A stretch of 62,309 bases of DNA, filler included, from Hausera hauseri (Eukaryota), in the NCBI GenBank assembly GCA_046269625.1. It is 13 parts of 13 records of this genome, joined end to end, with 100 filler letters (N's around TTAATTAATTAA, not from the genome) between each part and the next. Parts side by side here need not be neighbours in the genome. Positions count along the whole stretch, not along the records: positions 48,021 to 53,459 come from JBJURY010254847.1; positions 53,560 to 57,768 come from JBJURY010700660.1; positions 57,869 to 62,309 come from JBJURY010580115.1; 10 more parts are not named here. One strand, given 5' to 3'. Shown here piece after piece: positions 50,066-62,309 of this stretch. A program made the position numbers and the translations under genes. The notes under the pieces were generated by a model. The model was given only the letters and a program-made list of their open reading frames with translations, was not told where the DNA came from and made no database searches. Numbering within the stretch: the stretch's first letter is position 1; each line of letters begins with the position of its first letter.

Positions 50066-50932
50066 CTACCCCCATGACATGCTCACAATTCCCCCCATAA
50101 CACAATCTGTATCAGTGTTTTGGGGTTTACAGGAACAACAACTAACTCCAACAATATTATTAAATTCACCTTGAACTGAAACATTACTATAAATTTGTCC
50201 ATCAAGATTCGTCAGAGAAGTTCGTGAGCGCATTATTTCTTCGTCTTTCAAGAATTGATAATCAGTTCTCATTTTCTGATATACATGACCGATGAAGATT
50301 CTGATAGTGTCTTTCATCTGATCAGATTTCCTGTGGTTCAGGCATTGTAATCTCACCAGAACGTCAATCACACGAATTAGCTCCCGAGTAGATCCGAAAT
50401 CGCCTTCGTTGTTTTGATTCCCTAATCCAGGTAGCCTCTGTGCACGAAATTTCGTATCTTCGTCGATAAACCATGGTGTAGTTGAAAGAGAGTAGTACAT
50501 GTAGTAATCTGAAAATAAATTTCCCAATGAATGTAAATTTTATATATCATGACATCTTCCCTTGTATAATTCGTCGAATTGAATTGTTTATAATATCATA
50601 TTCCATTATATGACATTGCACCGTTCGAAATTTTCCACGATGAGTGTATTGAAAAATTCAATCTCTACAAAATCCATCATCATCAATTTGTATTTTGGAA
50701 TTTTATCTTTTAATTTCAACTTTGCCGATTTTGACTTCCGATTCTCCAATTTCTCATTTTCGGAATTAGTCTCATAGATTATAATATAACCCAAAAGATC
50801 CTTCCTTTTATCCTCACGAATTATCACAGAATCCACTCTCTTCAATTTCACATTTCCCATCTTACACATCATTTCTATATCCACCGTAGAATGCAAAGTA
50901 GTATAAAGAACTATTTGGTTTTCAATTTTCAA
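50066..50932 (-). CDS. Two hypothetical ORFs (153 and 108 aa) upstream of the Bel/Pao gag
   Basis: Co-oriented with gag and intronless; no recognised motif. The track's start for the 153-aa ORF is TTG, not ATG. Confidence 0.3.
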
Positions 50933-52671
50933 ATTCTTTTTAAATATTTAAATTATATCATTTATCAATAGATAATATATTTCTTTCTTTCATATTTCCC
51001 CATATAATTTATCGTTTTCAGTATCGCTTTGGCACTTATTTGTCTTCATTCACCTTTCTCTTTATTTTTAGTTTTCTGTCCCCGATTCCCAGAACGCTGA
51101 CACAAAATACATAATTATTTTATACTCTCAATCAATATTTTCATTTTACTACTCATATTTACATTTAAGCATACACTTTCCTTCTTCTGACAGGCAGGGT
51201 TCCACATAATTTCATCACAATAATTACACAATTTTTTATTTTTTACAATTTATATCATCAGCACACACAATATATACATACACACATTCTATATACATTT
51301 TCACGCACACACCTCTTGCCCTACTTTTGATTTTCGATCGGAGTTTAGCCGGATTCCCCAATCAACAACCGGGTCCCAGCAGAAGTGCCCGCTCCACCCC
51401 ATTTCCCAAAAAGTGCTTGAAACATAGTTTTACTCACTTGTCTCGCAATTCTGAGCATTTTATGTTTTGTGGTCGTAACCCCTCCCAGGATTGGAAGCAC
51501 ATGTCATAAGTCGCACATATCACCGACGGAAAGCAGTAGAGCTCGATGAGACGAGAAAAGGTTTATGGCGCGGCGAGAGTCAAAAAGTTTACTGGAGGGC
51601 GCTAGAAGAAAAAGAAGCAAAATAGGACATTTTTATGAGAAACGAGACATCAATTATGAATTGGGCAATGTTTGGTGCAAATGTCAAACCGATGTCGGGG
51701 AATCGAATGCGCGCTAATTCAACGTTGTCTGACCATGGGAACATGGGGAAAAGTATGTGAGAAAATTTCAAACGGAGAAAAATCCCACTTGGGCAAGTCA
51801 ACTGGTGGTGGAAATTGTTTGAGCAGATAACCGAAAAGGAGTTGAGCAATTCATATTATAAGCGCCTCACGATCAGACGATTGTAAGTTGGTGGAAAACA
51901 CGTTGGTTGGTTGGTTTGGTGTAAAAAATCAAAATCGAAATCATCATCATCATCATCATAAAAATCACAAAATGCGAATCGTAAAAATTTCGACTTTTTG
52001 TCACACAAAATCATCATCGTCGTGAGCACAGGTACGAAGAGTTGACAGGTGCAGTGGTGAGGCGTGACGTGAAACAAGTGTGAGTCACGCGCCAGACATG
52101 CCTGTATGCAAAACAAAATAGTGAATTGTGACGTAAAGCGTGTGTGTGTGCATCCAAAAGCTCATACTAATGGAAATGTCGTACTTTTCTCATAATTCGT
52201 TCTATTACTAGTGGTGTAAAGGGCAGTGTGTCGAAATAATGGACATTTGGTAAAATGTAGTTTTATTTTGGGAGTCACTGTTTTCACAAAGTCAACAGTG
52301 CTTGTCAGTAAAGTAATACCAAGACATACACTAACAAATAATAAAATATCATTGAACTTAGTTTATCGTCATTTCGTCAAAAATTTGCGACAACAGAAGA
52401 TGAATGTTAGTTTATTTTTGTTTTTATTTTAATAGCTTTTATATTAGTCATAATTTTAACATATTATTATTAACATTTTTTTATTTAATTTATCCACCGC
52501 GGACAATACCATTTCCTTACCTATAACATTTTTTTGTGTGACCTAGTTTTTGGACAACACCTTTTCCCACCTACCTCGTTCTAAGTAATGAGAAAACAAA
52601 AAGTTCACATCAAACTTTTATTCTTTTTATATTGTACAATTACTACTACTACTACTACTAAATCTTTCGAG

Positions 52672-53449
52672 TCAATTCGGATTACACAAACCACAAAGAT
52701 TAACCAATTCCGAAGAAGAAAAAGAATGATCGAGACCGTTGGAATTAATCATAATGCAATATTGCTTCAAGCAAATTTCATCTGCTGACTGCCACGTAGG
52801 CATGTAATCCGTCTGACTACTACCACTAAGTTTGACAAAATCGGTTATAAATTGACGAGGATTATTATCGTCCAACGTCGTCGTCGTCGTCGTCATTTTT
52901 CCACCAAATTTGCAAAAATCTTACGGAATAAAAATTCCATATCACCAACAACCTGCTTCATGGCGTAAGTAGGGTTCTCATGCTCTCCAATTCTGCTCAG
53001 CAAGTAGAAGTAGCTCTTCCGGAGACAAATATCGAGCATTGTCCAAAGGTCGATCGAGATTGTACAGGTGGCTCCGGAGACCATCGAATGAGTGGTATAA
53101 GCTAATGAGTTGTGTCGTCAAGTGAGACGTTGTATAATCTTATGAGGAGAAGCACAAGTATTTATACTGCAATGTAGCTTGAACACACAAAAAAATACGT
53201 AGCGAAATTATATATTTGTGGTTAAATACGGTCAATCAACTTTTTCATTACAATAAAAAGCGAAGCAGTAAATACAAATCCAATGAGTAAATTAATTCGT
53301 CGTTGTTGTTGTCGTTTTCGTCTCATTTCATCCTCTATACGTTTTAAGAACAGAGATCTAACTATCAAATCAATATATTCTGGCCTGCTCATTATTCTCG
53401 TTTCTGACAGCTCACATAGGTACTGAACATCAAACACATGGCCGGTCAA
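52672..53449 (-). CDS. Cluster of three short, closely packed hypothetical ORFs (virus/Polinton-accessory-like)
   Basis: Overlapping stop/start ATGA at 52896-52893; TATAAATA at ~53167-53160 on the minus strand; C-terminal TM in 53222-53449. Confidence 0.35.
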
Positions 53450-54053
53450 AATGTCATCGNNNNNNNNNNNNNNNNNNNNNNNNNNNNNNNNNNNNNNNNN
53501 NNNTTAATTAATTAANNNNNNNNNNNNNNNNNNNNNNNNNNNNNNNNNNNNNNNNNNNNGTCAAGATGTGATGACTTGATACCAACACCTCACATGCTGT
53601 ATGAGCTCATCCCCCTCCCCCCAGAACCTTTAATTGTGCCGTCTCCTCACGGTCTAGCAAGATGCTTAACCTCATCCAAGGGACTGTTCTGAAACTGCAA
53701 AGAGCAGTAGAAGAAAAGACTGAGATCAGGGAAAGCGGGGTCTTTTTTTAAGGCTCAACTTTAGCCCCCTTCACAAAACACTTTGAGGAGGGTTAAGGTG
53801 TCTTTTAGACTCCATGTATTTTGTCAATGGACCGATACAGACGTCAAACCCACCTCTGTTGCATCCTAACTTGCTAAGCGAAGTACTCACAGATGTGCAA
53901 CCAGTCACTAGAAAGTTTTAAAACTGGAAATAAAACTCAGAACTCATGACACAAATAAAAAGGCCAGATATACAGGTTTAATTTTAAGCGTGTCCTCTGC
54001 CAGTATAGGATGATACAAATTGTGTCTGGCGTTAATATTTTAGAAAAATAAAA

Positions 54054-54452
54054 ATGACTGATGCAGAAATGAAAGATAGCGATGTTGAAACTTTTGCGTT
54101 TCAAGCTGAAATTGCTCAATTAATGAATTTGATCATCAGCGTGTTTTATTCCGATAAGGAAATTTTTCTATGAGAGTTGATATCGAATTCCAGCAATGCG
54201 TTGGATAAAATCAGATACAGAAGTCTAACAGATCCTTTAGTAATGGACTCCGCAAAGGAAGTGCATGTTAAGGTAATTCCAGAGGAAGATGCTGGGACGA
54301 TAACGATAAATGACACTGGTGTTGGAATGCCGAAGGTAGAAATGATAAATAACCTTGGTTCAATAGCCAGATCAGGAACGAAAGCATTTATGGAGACATT
54401 TCAAGCAAGAGCAGACATTTTCATGATTGGTGAGTTTGGTGTTCGTTTCTAT
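54054..54452 (+). pseudogene. HSP90: Cytosolic Hsp90 N-terminal fragment (pseudogene)
   Basis: [72 protein letters not shown]; in-frame TGA at 54171; homology ends at 54452. Confidence 0.93.
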
Positions 54453-55069
54453 ATTTTGAATATTGACTTTGACCGTTTCCCAATATTTTTATTGCTTAAC
54501 ATATCTGTTTTTTCAATGAACTGTAATGTAAAACATTCCATTAAAAAGGAAAAAAGTGAATGTGAACTAGCTATTAAAAGAATCATCAGAGAACCACCGA
54601 AAACTTAGTCAACATCAAAAAAATTAATACCACATTTTCAACGAAATTTAAAATGTTATTATCGACAAAATTCTGTAAAGTTCTTTTACACATAATGAAT
54701 CAGTTTTAATTAACGACGTCGTAAACAACAAAAATTATTACTGCTTATGTTGGACTTCGACCTAAAATATATATTCTTAATGTGGAGAGTCAAATAAAGA
54801 AAAGGGCCAAAGGTTTTCAGACAGCTACACTTGAGAAACATATCTCGTTTCAAGATAATATCTGAGTCCTTAATAATCAGTCGTGATTATAACCATGTCG
54901 TGATAACAAATGTACTACGAAAGAGAAGTCTGAGCTTCTTCGATGGCAAAAGATTTATTCAAGCAGATGGAATATCAATTTAGCCTCGTATTTTTGTTAC
55001 TTTGTAAAGAAATGACGAAATAGTATTTTATACATTTTTTTTATCTCCAGAAGATCAATGTCAAAACTT

Positions 55070-55962
55070 TATACCGAAGATTCACAGTGACTTGTGTCAT
55101 GCTGGAGTTCGGAAAGTAATTAATTACATTCGCAACACATTTGACATGGATCGGTTGAATGAAAGGTGCAGAAATGTTATTCAAAGTTGCACCAATTGTC
55201 AACTACGGAAGACATACACCGAGTAGACTGTATAAATGTACTTTTAGAAATGTAATATAGAAGACTATAGAACTTACATCAGTGTATTCATACCAATTTG
55301 AGGAGATATTGATTGATTTTTGCGGCCCGTTACATCCAACATTTGAAGGCAAGTCCTATATTTTTTCTAGTTTTGATATATTTAGCAAATATGTTACATT
55401 GAAACCCGTAGCAAAGCAGGATGAAGCATCTGTAGTTAAATTACTTACATCAAATTGGATCTTCAAATTCGTATGTCAAAAAGTCATACATCTGGATTGT
55501 TGACGATCTTTCGATCGACAAATGATGAAAAAGCTGGTTAATGTATACCGGATAAAACTGAACTATTGCACCCGTACCATCACAGCGGAAACGGGTTAAT
55601 TGAAAGACAATTTAGAACGATTAGAGATTGTATTTCTATTCGCATGGAAGATAGGATTTATACAAGTTGGCCTGAAATACTGCCAGAAATTGAATAATAC
55701 CACAGGCTATAACCCTGGAAAATTTGTGTTTGGTCGGAAAATAACAAACATATGGAACATGGACAACAATCAAACTCATAAAGAAATTCCGGATGAAATC
55801 AGAAAACGAACGACGCGGAATCAAACACGAATACTTACTAACAGAAGTTTTATCATCAGAGACAAAGTGCTGGTTAAAAGGGAAATGAAAAAGAAACAGG
55901 AGGATCGATTTAAGGGGTCTATGACGGTTATTGGGAAACGACACGAAAGAAGCTATTACTAA
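55070..55962 (+). pseudogene. Ty3/Gypsy integrase remnant
   Basis: HSDLCHAG..SCTNCQ (HHCC), FEEILIDFCGPL..DIFSKY and a GPF-like FKGSMTV module; stops and frameshifts. Confidence 0.85.
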
Positions 55963-58149
55963 AAAACTCCCATGTTGTTTTTTGTTTGAATATGGTTTTG
56001 AGAAATCTCAAACTGTTTTTTGAGCCTTACATCACCCTTTGGAAACATCCTGGGCATGCCACTATTCAGGAAGTCACAGGAGTACTTGAATCGAATAATT
56101 TCGGTTGCTGATATGTAGTGACTTTTAGTATAAAACAAAAGTTTCTAGTTAATGATTGTTTTTGAAAGAAACCAATATTTAAAAATATATAGTAATAATA
56201 GACATGTTAATAAAAATAAATTAAATAAAAATTTTTCTTTATGAAAAATAAATTCTAATCATAATGAAAACTTAATTTATTTACCTTGAAGCGAATTCAA
56301 GATGACAAACAATCAATCTCGAAACAGGAAGCATTAAAATGCCATACAAATAGACCGAGGTAATACTTCGTCTGAATTTTATCAATGATTTGCCATCAAG
56401 TAATTTCATTTCATAATCACATTAGTCAAAAAACCCACGAATAATTATGGACAATTTGAGATTAATACACTTGGAGAATTAATTAAAATTATTTTGTTTT
56501 AGCAGATAAAGTTTTACTTCGCAATTTCATATTAAATTGCTTTAAAATTGTGAAATACGATATTGAAAGTCAAAAATTGGACTGCATTTCAAATGACTAA
56601 TAACAAGTTCAAAGTTACTGATTAGTTGATGAGTTTGAAAATCTGATATCATGTGGATATGCCATACTTGAATAATTTGAATATGAAATTGATTTTTTGT
56701 TGTATGTGTTTAACCTTATTAATACTGATGATTATTTTACAATTGACTGTATGATTTATGATAGTTGTGGTTTTAAAACTATTTATTTATCGTCAGAATT
56801 TTATGTATAGGTATAGAAAATTAAAGTCTACAATTTTCACAAAGATTTTCATTTTAAGTGAGTAAGTTCAATAGGTTCACTACTTCGATAGATGTGTAGA
56901 TACGAATGTTATTCATCAATTATATTCAACCTCATTAAAGTGTAAAGTGTAAAGACAGCTTTTTAAAATTATTATGTAATAGATTTACAAAATTGTAATA
57001 GTCTGAAATTTTTGTAATTATGCATTGTTCAAAATGATGTTTTTTTGTTTTGAATTCTTGCATTTAGAGCGATATTGCGACAAATGCAAGATGCTATCAA
57101 TAGTCAAGTCAAGTATGAACCATACATTATGAAACTACAATATTTAATGGTTAGTTACAATCAGAACATTTTACCATCCTTTTAAGGTTCGATAAATCCT
57201 GCCATGAAATGTTTATGGGGCATTGAGTTAAAGTACGATTCAACTCTGTTCTTCAACTCATCCGCTCAGGTGAAGTGAGTTCTACGAAGGAAAATGTTTC
57301 AATACGGGATATAAGTAGGATGCTCCATCCTTTCAATGACCAGTTGTTTGAGCTCTTTCTGAGTCAGGTGGGATGCATGAACATGAAAGAAAGTGGTACA
57401 GAAATCCGTCAGGCCTCCAAATCTTCTTTATTAGTTCAATATAGTATGTACAGTTAATATTCACTACTCGGTTTGCGAGATTCATAAGTACTATTAGGCA
57501 ATTTGCCTATCCAGATGTCAATTTTTGCTTTGGCTTATCATCCGTAAACTTTCACTAAGACTTTCATTTTTGGATTCAGACATACATATCGACTATGATA
57601 TCTTATCTACGATGGGGACAATTTTCAAATATTTATGGATATATTGCATCAGCAGATTGAAATTTTGCTCCTAATATCGATATCGATTTGGAACAAATTT
57701 GGACGCAAGTTGTCTTACGTCCATTGATTTCAGTGTTGGCTGGTATGATCCGTAACTAATGTTATTTCNNNNNNNNNNNNNNNNNNNNNNNNNNNNNNNN
57801 NNNNNNNNNNNNTTAATTAATTAANNNNNNNNNNNNNNNNNNNNNNNNNNNNNNNNNNNNNNNNNNNNGTCAAAAATGATTATATCCGAGTATTATCCGA
57901 TAATGATTATATTACACAGTTGGTGCATTTGAAAATGGGAAAACGAATTTTCATGCACCAACAAAAGCCGGTAAAATCCTACCAATTATTAATTTTGCGT
58001 GATGATTATCCAGGAATTCACAACAATTGGTGTCAGAACTTTGCTCCCCGACGATGTCCAGTCTCGGCAATACATTTGATATATCAAACTTTCGACATTA
58101 TGTCAATGCTTTACCGGAATAACACGGTGAGTCCTGTTTTTGTTTATAG

Positions 58150-61100
58150 AACTCCACACAGTTTTTTTATGTTCCCCAAATATATATACATACAAATAAA
58201 TATATAGAAAGCAACGTTATTTATAAATGCTGTAAATATGATCAAAGCCAGTCATTCCATTTGAAACATTTTCTCAGCAATTCAACTGATAGTAAAACTG
58301 TTTATTTCTTTGCGTCTTTGGCAAAATTCAATTCAGTGTGTGAAACACTGGATTCTTTTTACCGTGATACAGTAGAATATGTTCATATGTCAGTACTTTC
58401 ACATATGATATTTCCTCAGAGCATTATGTTATGTTTTTATCGCCTTCGAAATGGAACGAAAAATAATAGTAATTTTTCTCAGTTAGGTTTTCTTTCAACG
58501 GAGATGTGCCCTCCAGAATTTATAATATTTTCCACGGAAGCACGTACCTTGAATCGACATTTTAGAACTTTGAAACCGTGTCTCCCGCGCTCAAATAATT
58601 TAATTTATGACAAGGGTGAGTTTTGCTTGGTGACAAGATCTAATATTCTCAATTTTGAATTACCGAATATGGATGCAGTCCAAAATCAAATTGTAATAAA
58701 TAAAGCTGTTGATAACTTCGGTCAAGAAGTTCAGCGAAGTTTTTTAGATTTTCTTAAAACTTATCGCATTGGGGAAGAATTTAAGTATGTTGAAGTGGCA
58801 AAAAGGTTAAAAGATCTCGAGAAGAATTCTCTGCCAATAAACTTTAATGATTTGTTAATGTCAAATGAGTCTCTGTCAAGGCATATACGGATGCAATTCT
58901 TCAGGCTTTACCCTTATTTGTGTAACGCTACCAAAAAGTTTCTTACAGAAGTATTGCCTGAAATTGAGGGATCTGAAAGGGATTATGTGTGTCACTTTAC
59001 GAATATTCCAACATTAATGAGACTAAGGAATTTAAAAACTAACAGTTTGGGTAAATTGGTGAGATTTCGAGGCCAAGTTGTTCGTTCACATCATGTTCGT
59101 CCAGAATTGGCATTCGGGACATTCAAATGTGCATCTTGTGGAACCGTAGTAAAAAAAATTGAACAGGAATTTATCCACACGATGCCATCTCGATGTGGTA
59201 ACCCTCAATGTCAAAATCGCACAAAGTTCGATTTAATCATTCACGAGTCGGATTATGTTGACTTTCAAAAAGTTCGTGTTCAAGAAACACAGGATGAATT
59301 GCCTCGCGGCAGCGTTCCACGAAGTCTTGACATAATCTTACGAAGTGACGCAGTTGATTTGGCACAGCCAGGCGATCTGAGTGAATTCACTGGTACTCTC
59401 ATTGTCGTTCCTGATATTGGACAAATGACACTGCCGGGCAGTCGAACGGTTGAGTCTAAACCAATCAAACCAGTCGAAGGCTACGATACTGGAATATCGG
59501 GAATTAAATCTCTTGGTGTTCGAGAAATGTCTTACAAACTTGCTTTTCTGGCCAGTCATGTTTTGCCTATAAACAACAAATACGCGAATTATGACGAATT
59601 CATGAACGAGCTCGACATGACCAAGGAGTCTCTTCGCGAGAAAATGACGAATGCCGAATTTCAGCGGATCATTGAGATGAAGGAGGACTCAAATTTAATT
59701 GTCAATCTTTATCGCAGTCTTTTCCCATCTGCTAGCATTATGGCAATGGTTCAAAATCGTATGTCAAAGCATAATTTGCCACATGTCGATGACCAAGGCA
59801 TAGTGGTTTACGTCATTGATAGCGAAAAGTCTTCTCAACGACAACATTCACGATTTGACCTTGATACTAGCAGTTCTGATAATTCCCCAATTTCTTCGGC
59901 TAATCCATTGGAAATGAGACGACCTAGTGCCGGAAAAGTGAGAGGACGAGTCAAATTACCCTGGGACCAAAATGAAGGGAATACTCAGAAATCCGTTCCT
60001 TTTTCCAAAGCGCCTGGTATAAATACTCAAAATCATATTTTGCCACCAGATTCCGTGACAATGAACTATTCATTGGGTTCGTTGTCAAACAGTGCCAATG
60101 AAATGATTATCGAAGGAAAAACAATTAGGAAATTGTACGACTTATCGCCTGGATTTCACTTCGAATCGGATAAGTATTCTATTCGAAATCAACCGATATC
60201 GAGTCGTCTTAATAGTTCTGATCAGCAAATTTTAAATTCCATTCAAACATCGGGATATCAAAGCGGATCAAATTCGTATCGTCCATACGCTGAATCGTCA
60301 AGTAGAAGCAATAAAAGTGAACCTTACACTGCTACGAATTCAACCAATGTTACATCAAGAAATAATCATTCCACTTTGAGACATGAAGACAATAACACAG
60401 CTGACGTAAGCCCAATACCTACCAAACCTGCTTTAGGTCGAAGTGCGGGAAGCCGGACAAAAGACTCCGAACAAGTCAATGTGAATTACCGAAATACTAA
60501 TAGTCCATCGAATAATTCGGAGTTGGAATCAACAAAAGTGGAAATCATCAGAAATTCAGCATCAAAAAAGTTAGCTCAAAAAATTTTTAATACATCAAGC
60601 CCTATTGTTGTTACTAATAGCAATAGCAGTCATGATAGCCCAAAGGACGATTCGAACAATGCAAAGTCGCAAGGCAATTGTAAACAACAGTTGGATAATA
60701 AAAATCCCCAGTCTAAACCCAATCAACCCTACTCCGGTGTTATAGTAACCGGAAAGAGTGTAACTGCAACAGCTCCGGACTATATCGAAGTAAAACGAAA
60801 ACCTCCTGTTAAAGGTTTACTTGAATCCGTAGGCGGCAACGTTAGTCAAAGAACAGTATCTAATGACACCAGGAGAAATAGTCGTGTCATATCAGATAAC
60901 AATTCAAATGACAATAATACTCAACGATCTAGTCCAGACACTCCAACAAATCAGAAATCATCCTTTAAACCACCAATTCTAAACGAGACATTTCCTGACT
61001 TAAATGGAGGAATTGTCGGTAAAGGGTTGTGTGAGAAGTTTACGTATGAGGAAGAAAGTGATGATGAGCCTACGAAAGAAAAGCTCTCTAAAACGTTACG

Positions 61101-62309
61101 TGAAAGTGTGTCTCGAAAGCGGCTAAATGCGATTACTGAAAAACAATTTGCAACAGATTCAGAGTCATCCACAAATAAAACAATTTCGTCTCATTCGGCA
61201 CCCGGAAGTGGTTCTCATCAAGCTAGTCATAGAAAACCACCTGTCGGTGTAAATCAACAAATTAGTCAATTGCCTTCTAGTGCCAGCAGTGACCGTGAAT
61301 TGAACAATGGGTATGATACCATTCCTCCCAGTCGTAAGCCACTCAGACCGGCTTATGGAAGTACCACCCCTAAAAAAATTAAACCAACATCGCAAATGTA
61401 TTCCACAGCACCAGCATCTTCATCAAATGCTCCGACATCATTTGACATTCCACCGGTGAAACATATATCGCTCAATAACCCCGATAAGGCCATCAATGAT
61501 TCACTGATTTTAATCCAAAATGAAGACTGGGAAAATAAAATCTCAGCTATGATAGCGATTCAAAGTCTTTCTCAAAACTGTACTGATATTTTGATAAATC
61601 GACCCTCAGATCTTCATGTGATATGTATCGCTTTGTGTAAAGAATGTAAAAATCTTCGATCACAAGTTGCAAAATGTGCAATTCAAACAACTGCTCAGTT
61701 ATTCTCATGCCTTAAAAAGTCCATGGATCCCGAAATCGAAATAATTTTAACAAATTTGTTGTCAAGAGCCGGTGATGGAGCGAACAGTTTTCTCCGTCAA
61801 GATGTCGAAAGTTCCCTCATTGTTATGATTGAGAATGTTACATCACAAATGTTACAGTGCAGAGTTGATGATCTTATTACTATTCGGGGATTCACATATT
61901 TTCCCTATGAGGTTGAACTGTCCATCGGAACGGTGGATCTCATTCTAATAATTCAAAGTGTTGTGTTCAGTGAACCCGATTTGCTCATTGCAGTCATAGA
62001 GGTCGTTGATAGTTGTAAACCAGAAATTTGTCTTCGAATGATTCCACTGATTGTAAAATCTGTGCTTGAGAACTGCTTTATTCCATTGAGTATTTTGCAA
62101 TTTACATTGAGTATTTTACTTCATCTTGAATGTAACAAACAGTGCACGAAAACCCTTTTCTTTCGTCATCCTTGCCAAATGACTGGCCATTTTGATTCTT
62201 GTCAACAAAGCACAAAAGTTTCTCCACTGCATTTGGAGCAATGGGAACAACTGTTAACTAATGAAAACATCCCAAACCATGCAAAAAATTCTGATTGCAA
62301 ATTGGCCCA
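58150..62309 (+). CDS. Uninterrupted ~1385-codon open frame, absent from the ORF track, chimeric in content
   Basis: Frame 1 read by hand has no stop from 58150 to the window end. Confidence 0.8.
58669..59730 (+). CDS. MCM6: MCM6 N-terminal half (helical, Zn-finger and OB domains), no AAA+ domain
   Basis: GQVVRSHHVRPEL..FKCASC..CGNPQCQNR..DFQKVRVQETQDELPRGSVPRSLDIILR..QPGD..FTGTLIVVPD..GIKSLGVREMSYKLAFLA..SLFPS. Confidence 0.9.
59731..61848 (+). CDS. TOGARAM/Crescerin-like segment: S/N-rich linker plus part of a TOG (CLASP-N-like) domain
   Basis: SPIPTKPALGRS and IVGKG linker motifs, then NEDWENK..KNLRSQVAKCAI..LF..LKKSMD..NSFLRQD. Confidence 0.75.
61849..62100 (+). CDS. DIP2-like C-terminal (AMP-binding enzyme) segment
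   Basis: DDLITIRGFTYFPYEVE..VVF..DLLIAVIEV..MIPLIVKSVLE resembles DIP2 DE.LELRG.RYHPIDIE..AVF..NLLVVVVEL..LVPLVTNVVLE. Confidence 0.55.

Noticed and set aside
56000-57768. Host gene with short exons
   Set aside because: Some splice-like signals exist, but no product could be recognised.

Overview
This is not one locus. It is 13 unrelated 4-7 kb eukaryotic contigs, apparently from animals, joined by an artificial 100-bp spacer (N44-TTAATTAATTAA-N44), so no linkage can be inferred across spacers. Most of the content is decayed mobile DNA. It includes five copies of one Polinton/Maverick-type protein-primed DNA polymerase (pPolB) gene, which share an intron directly after the start codon and a palindrome-rich terminal repeat. 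It also includes a Ty3/Gypsy gag-pol, a Bel/Pao gag with an N-terminal ubiquitin-like domain ending LRLKGG, and a retroelement with Gag, a second ubiquitin-like domain and a chuvirus-like envelope glycoprotein. Other contigs hold an intronless FN3-like/TM plus RING cassette, two related DNA transposases, a fish-like EnSpm element with a SINE, a LINE 3' end, a tRNA-headed SINE with a probable HDV-like ribozyme, and an Hsp90 pseudogene. The last contig has a >4 kb open frame missed by the ORF track that joins MCM6 N-terminal, TOGARAM-like and DIP2-like segments. All family calls come from motif recognition by eye; no searches were run.
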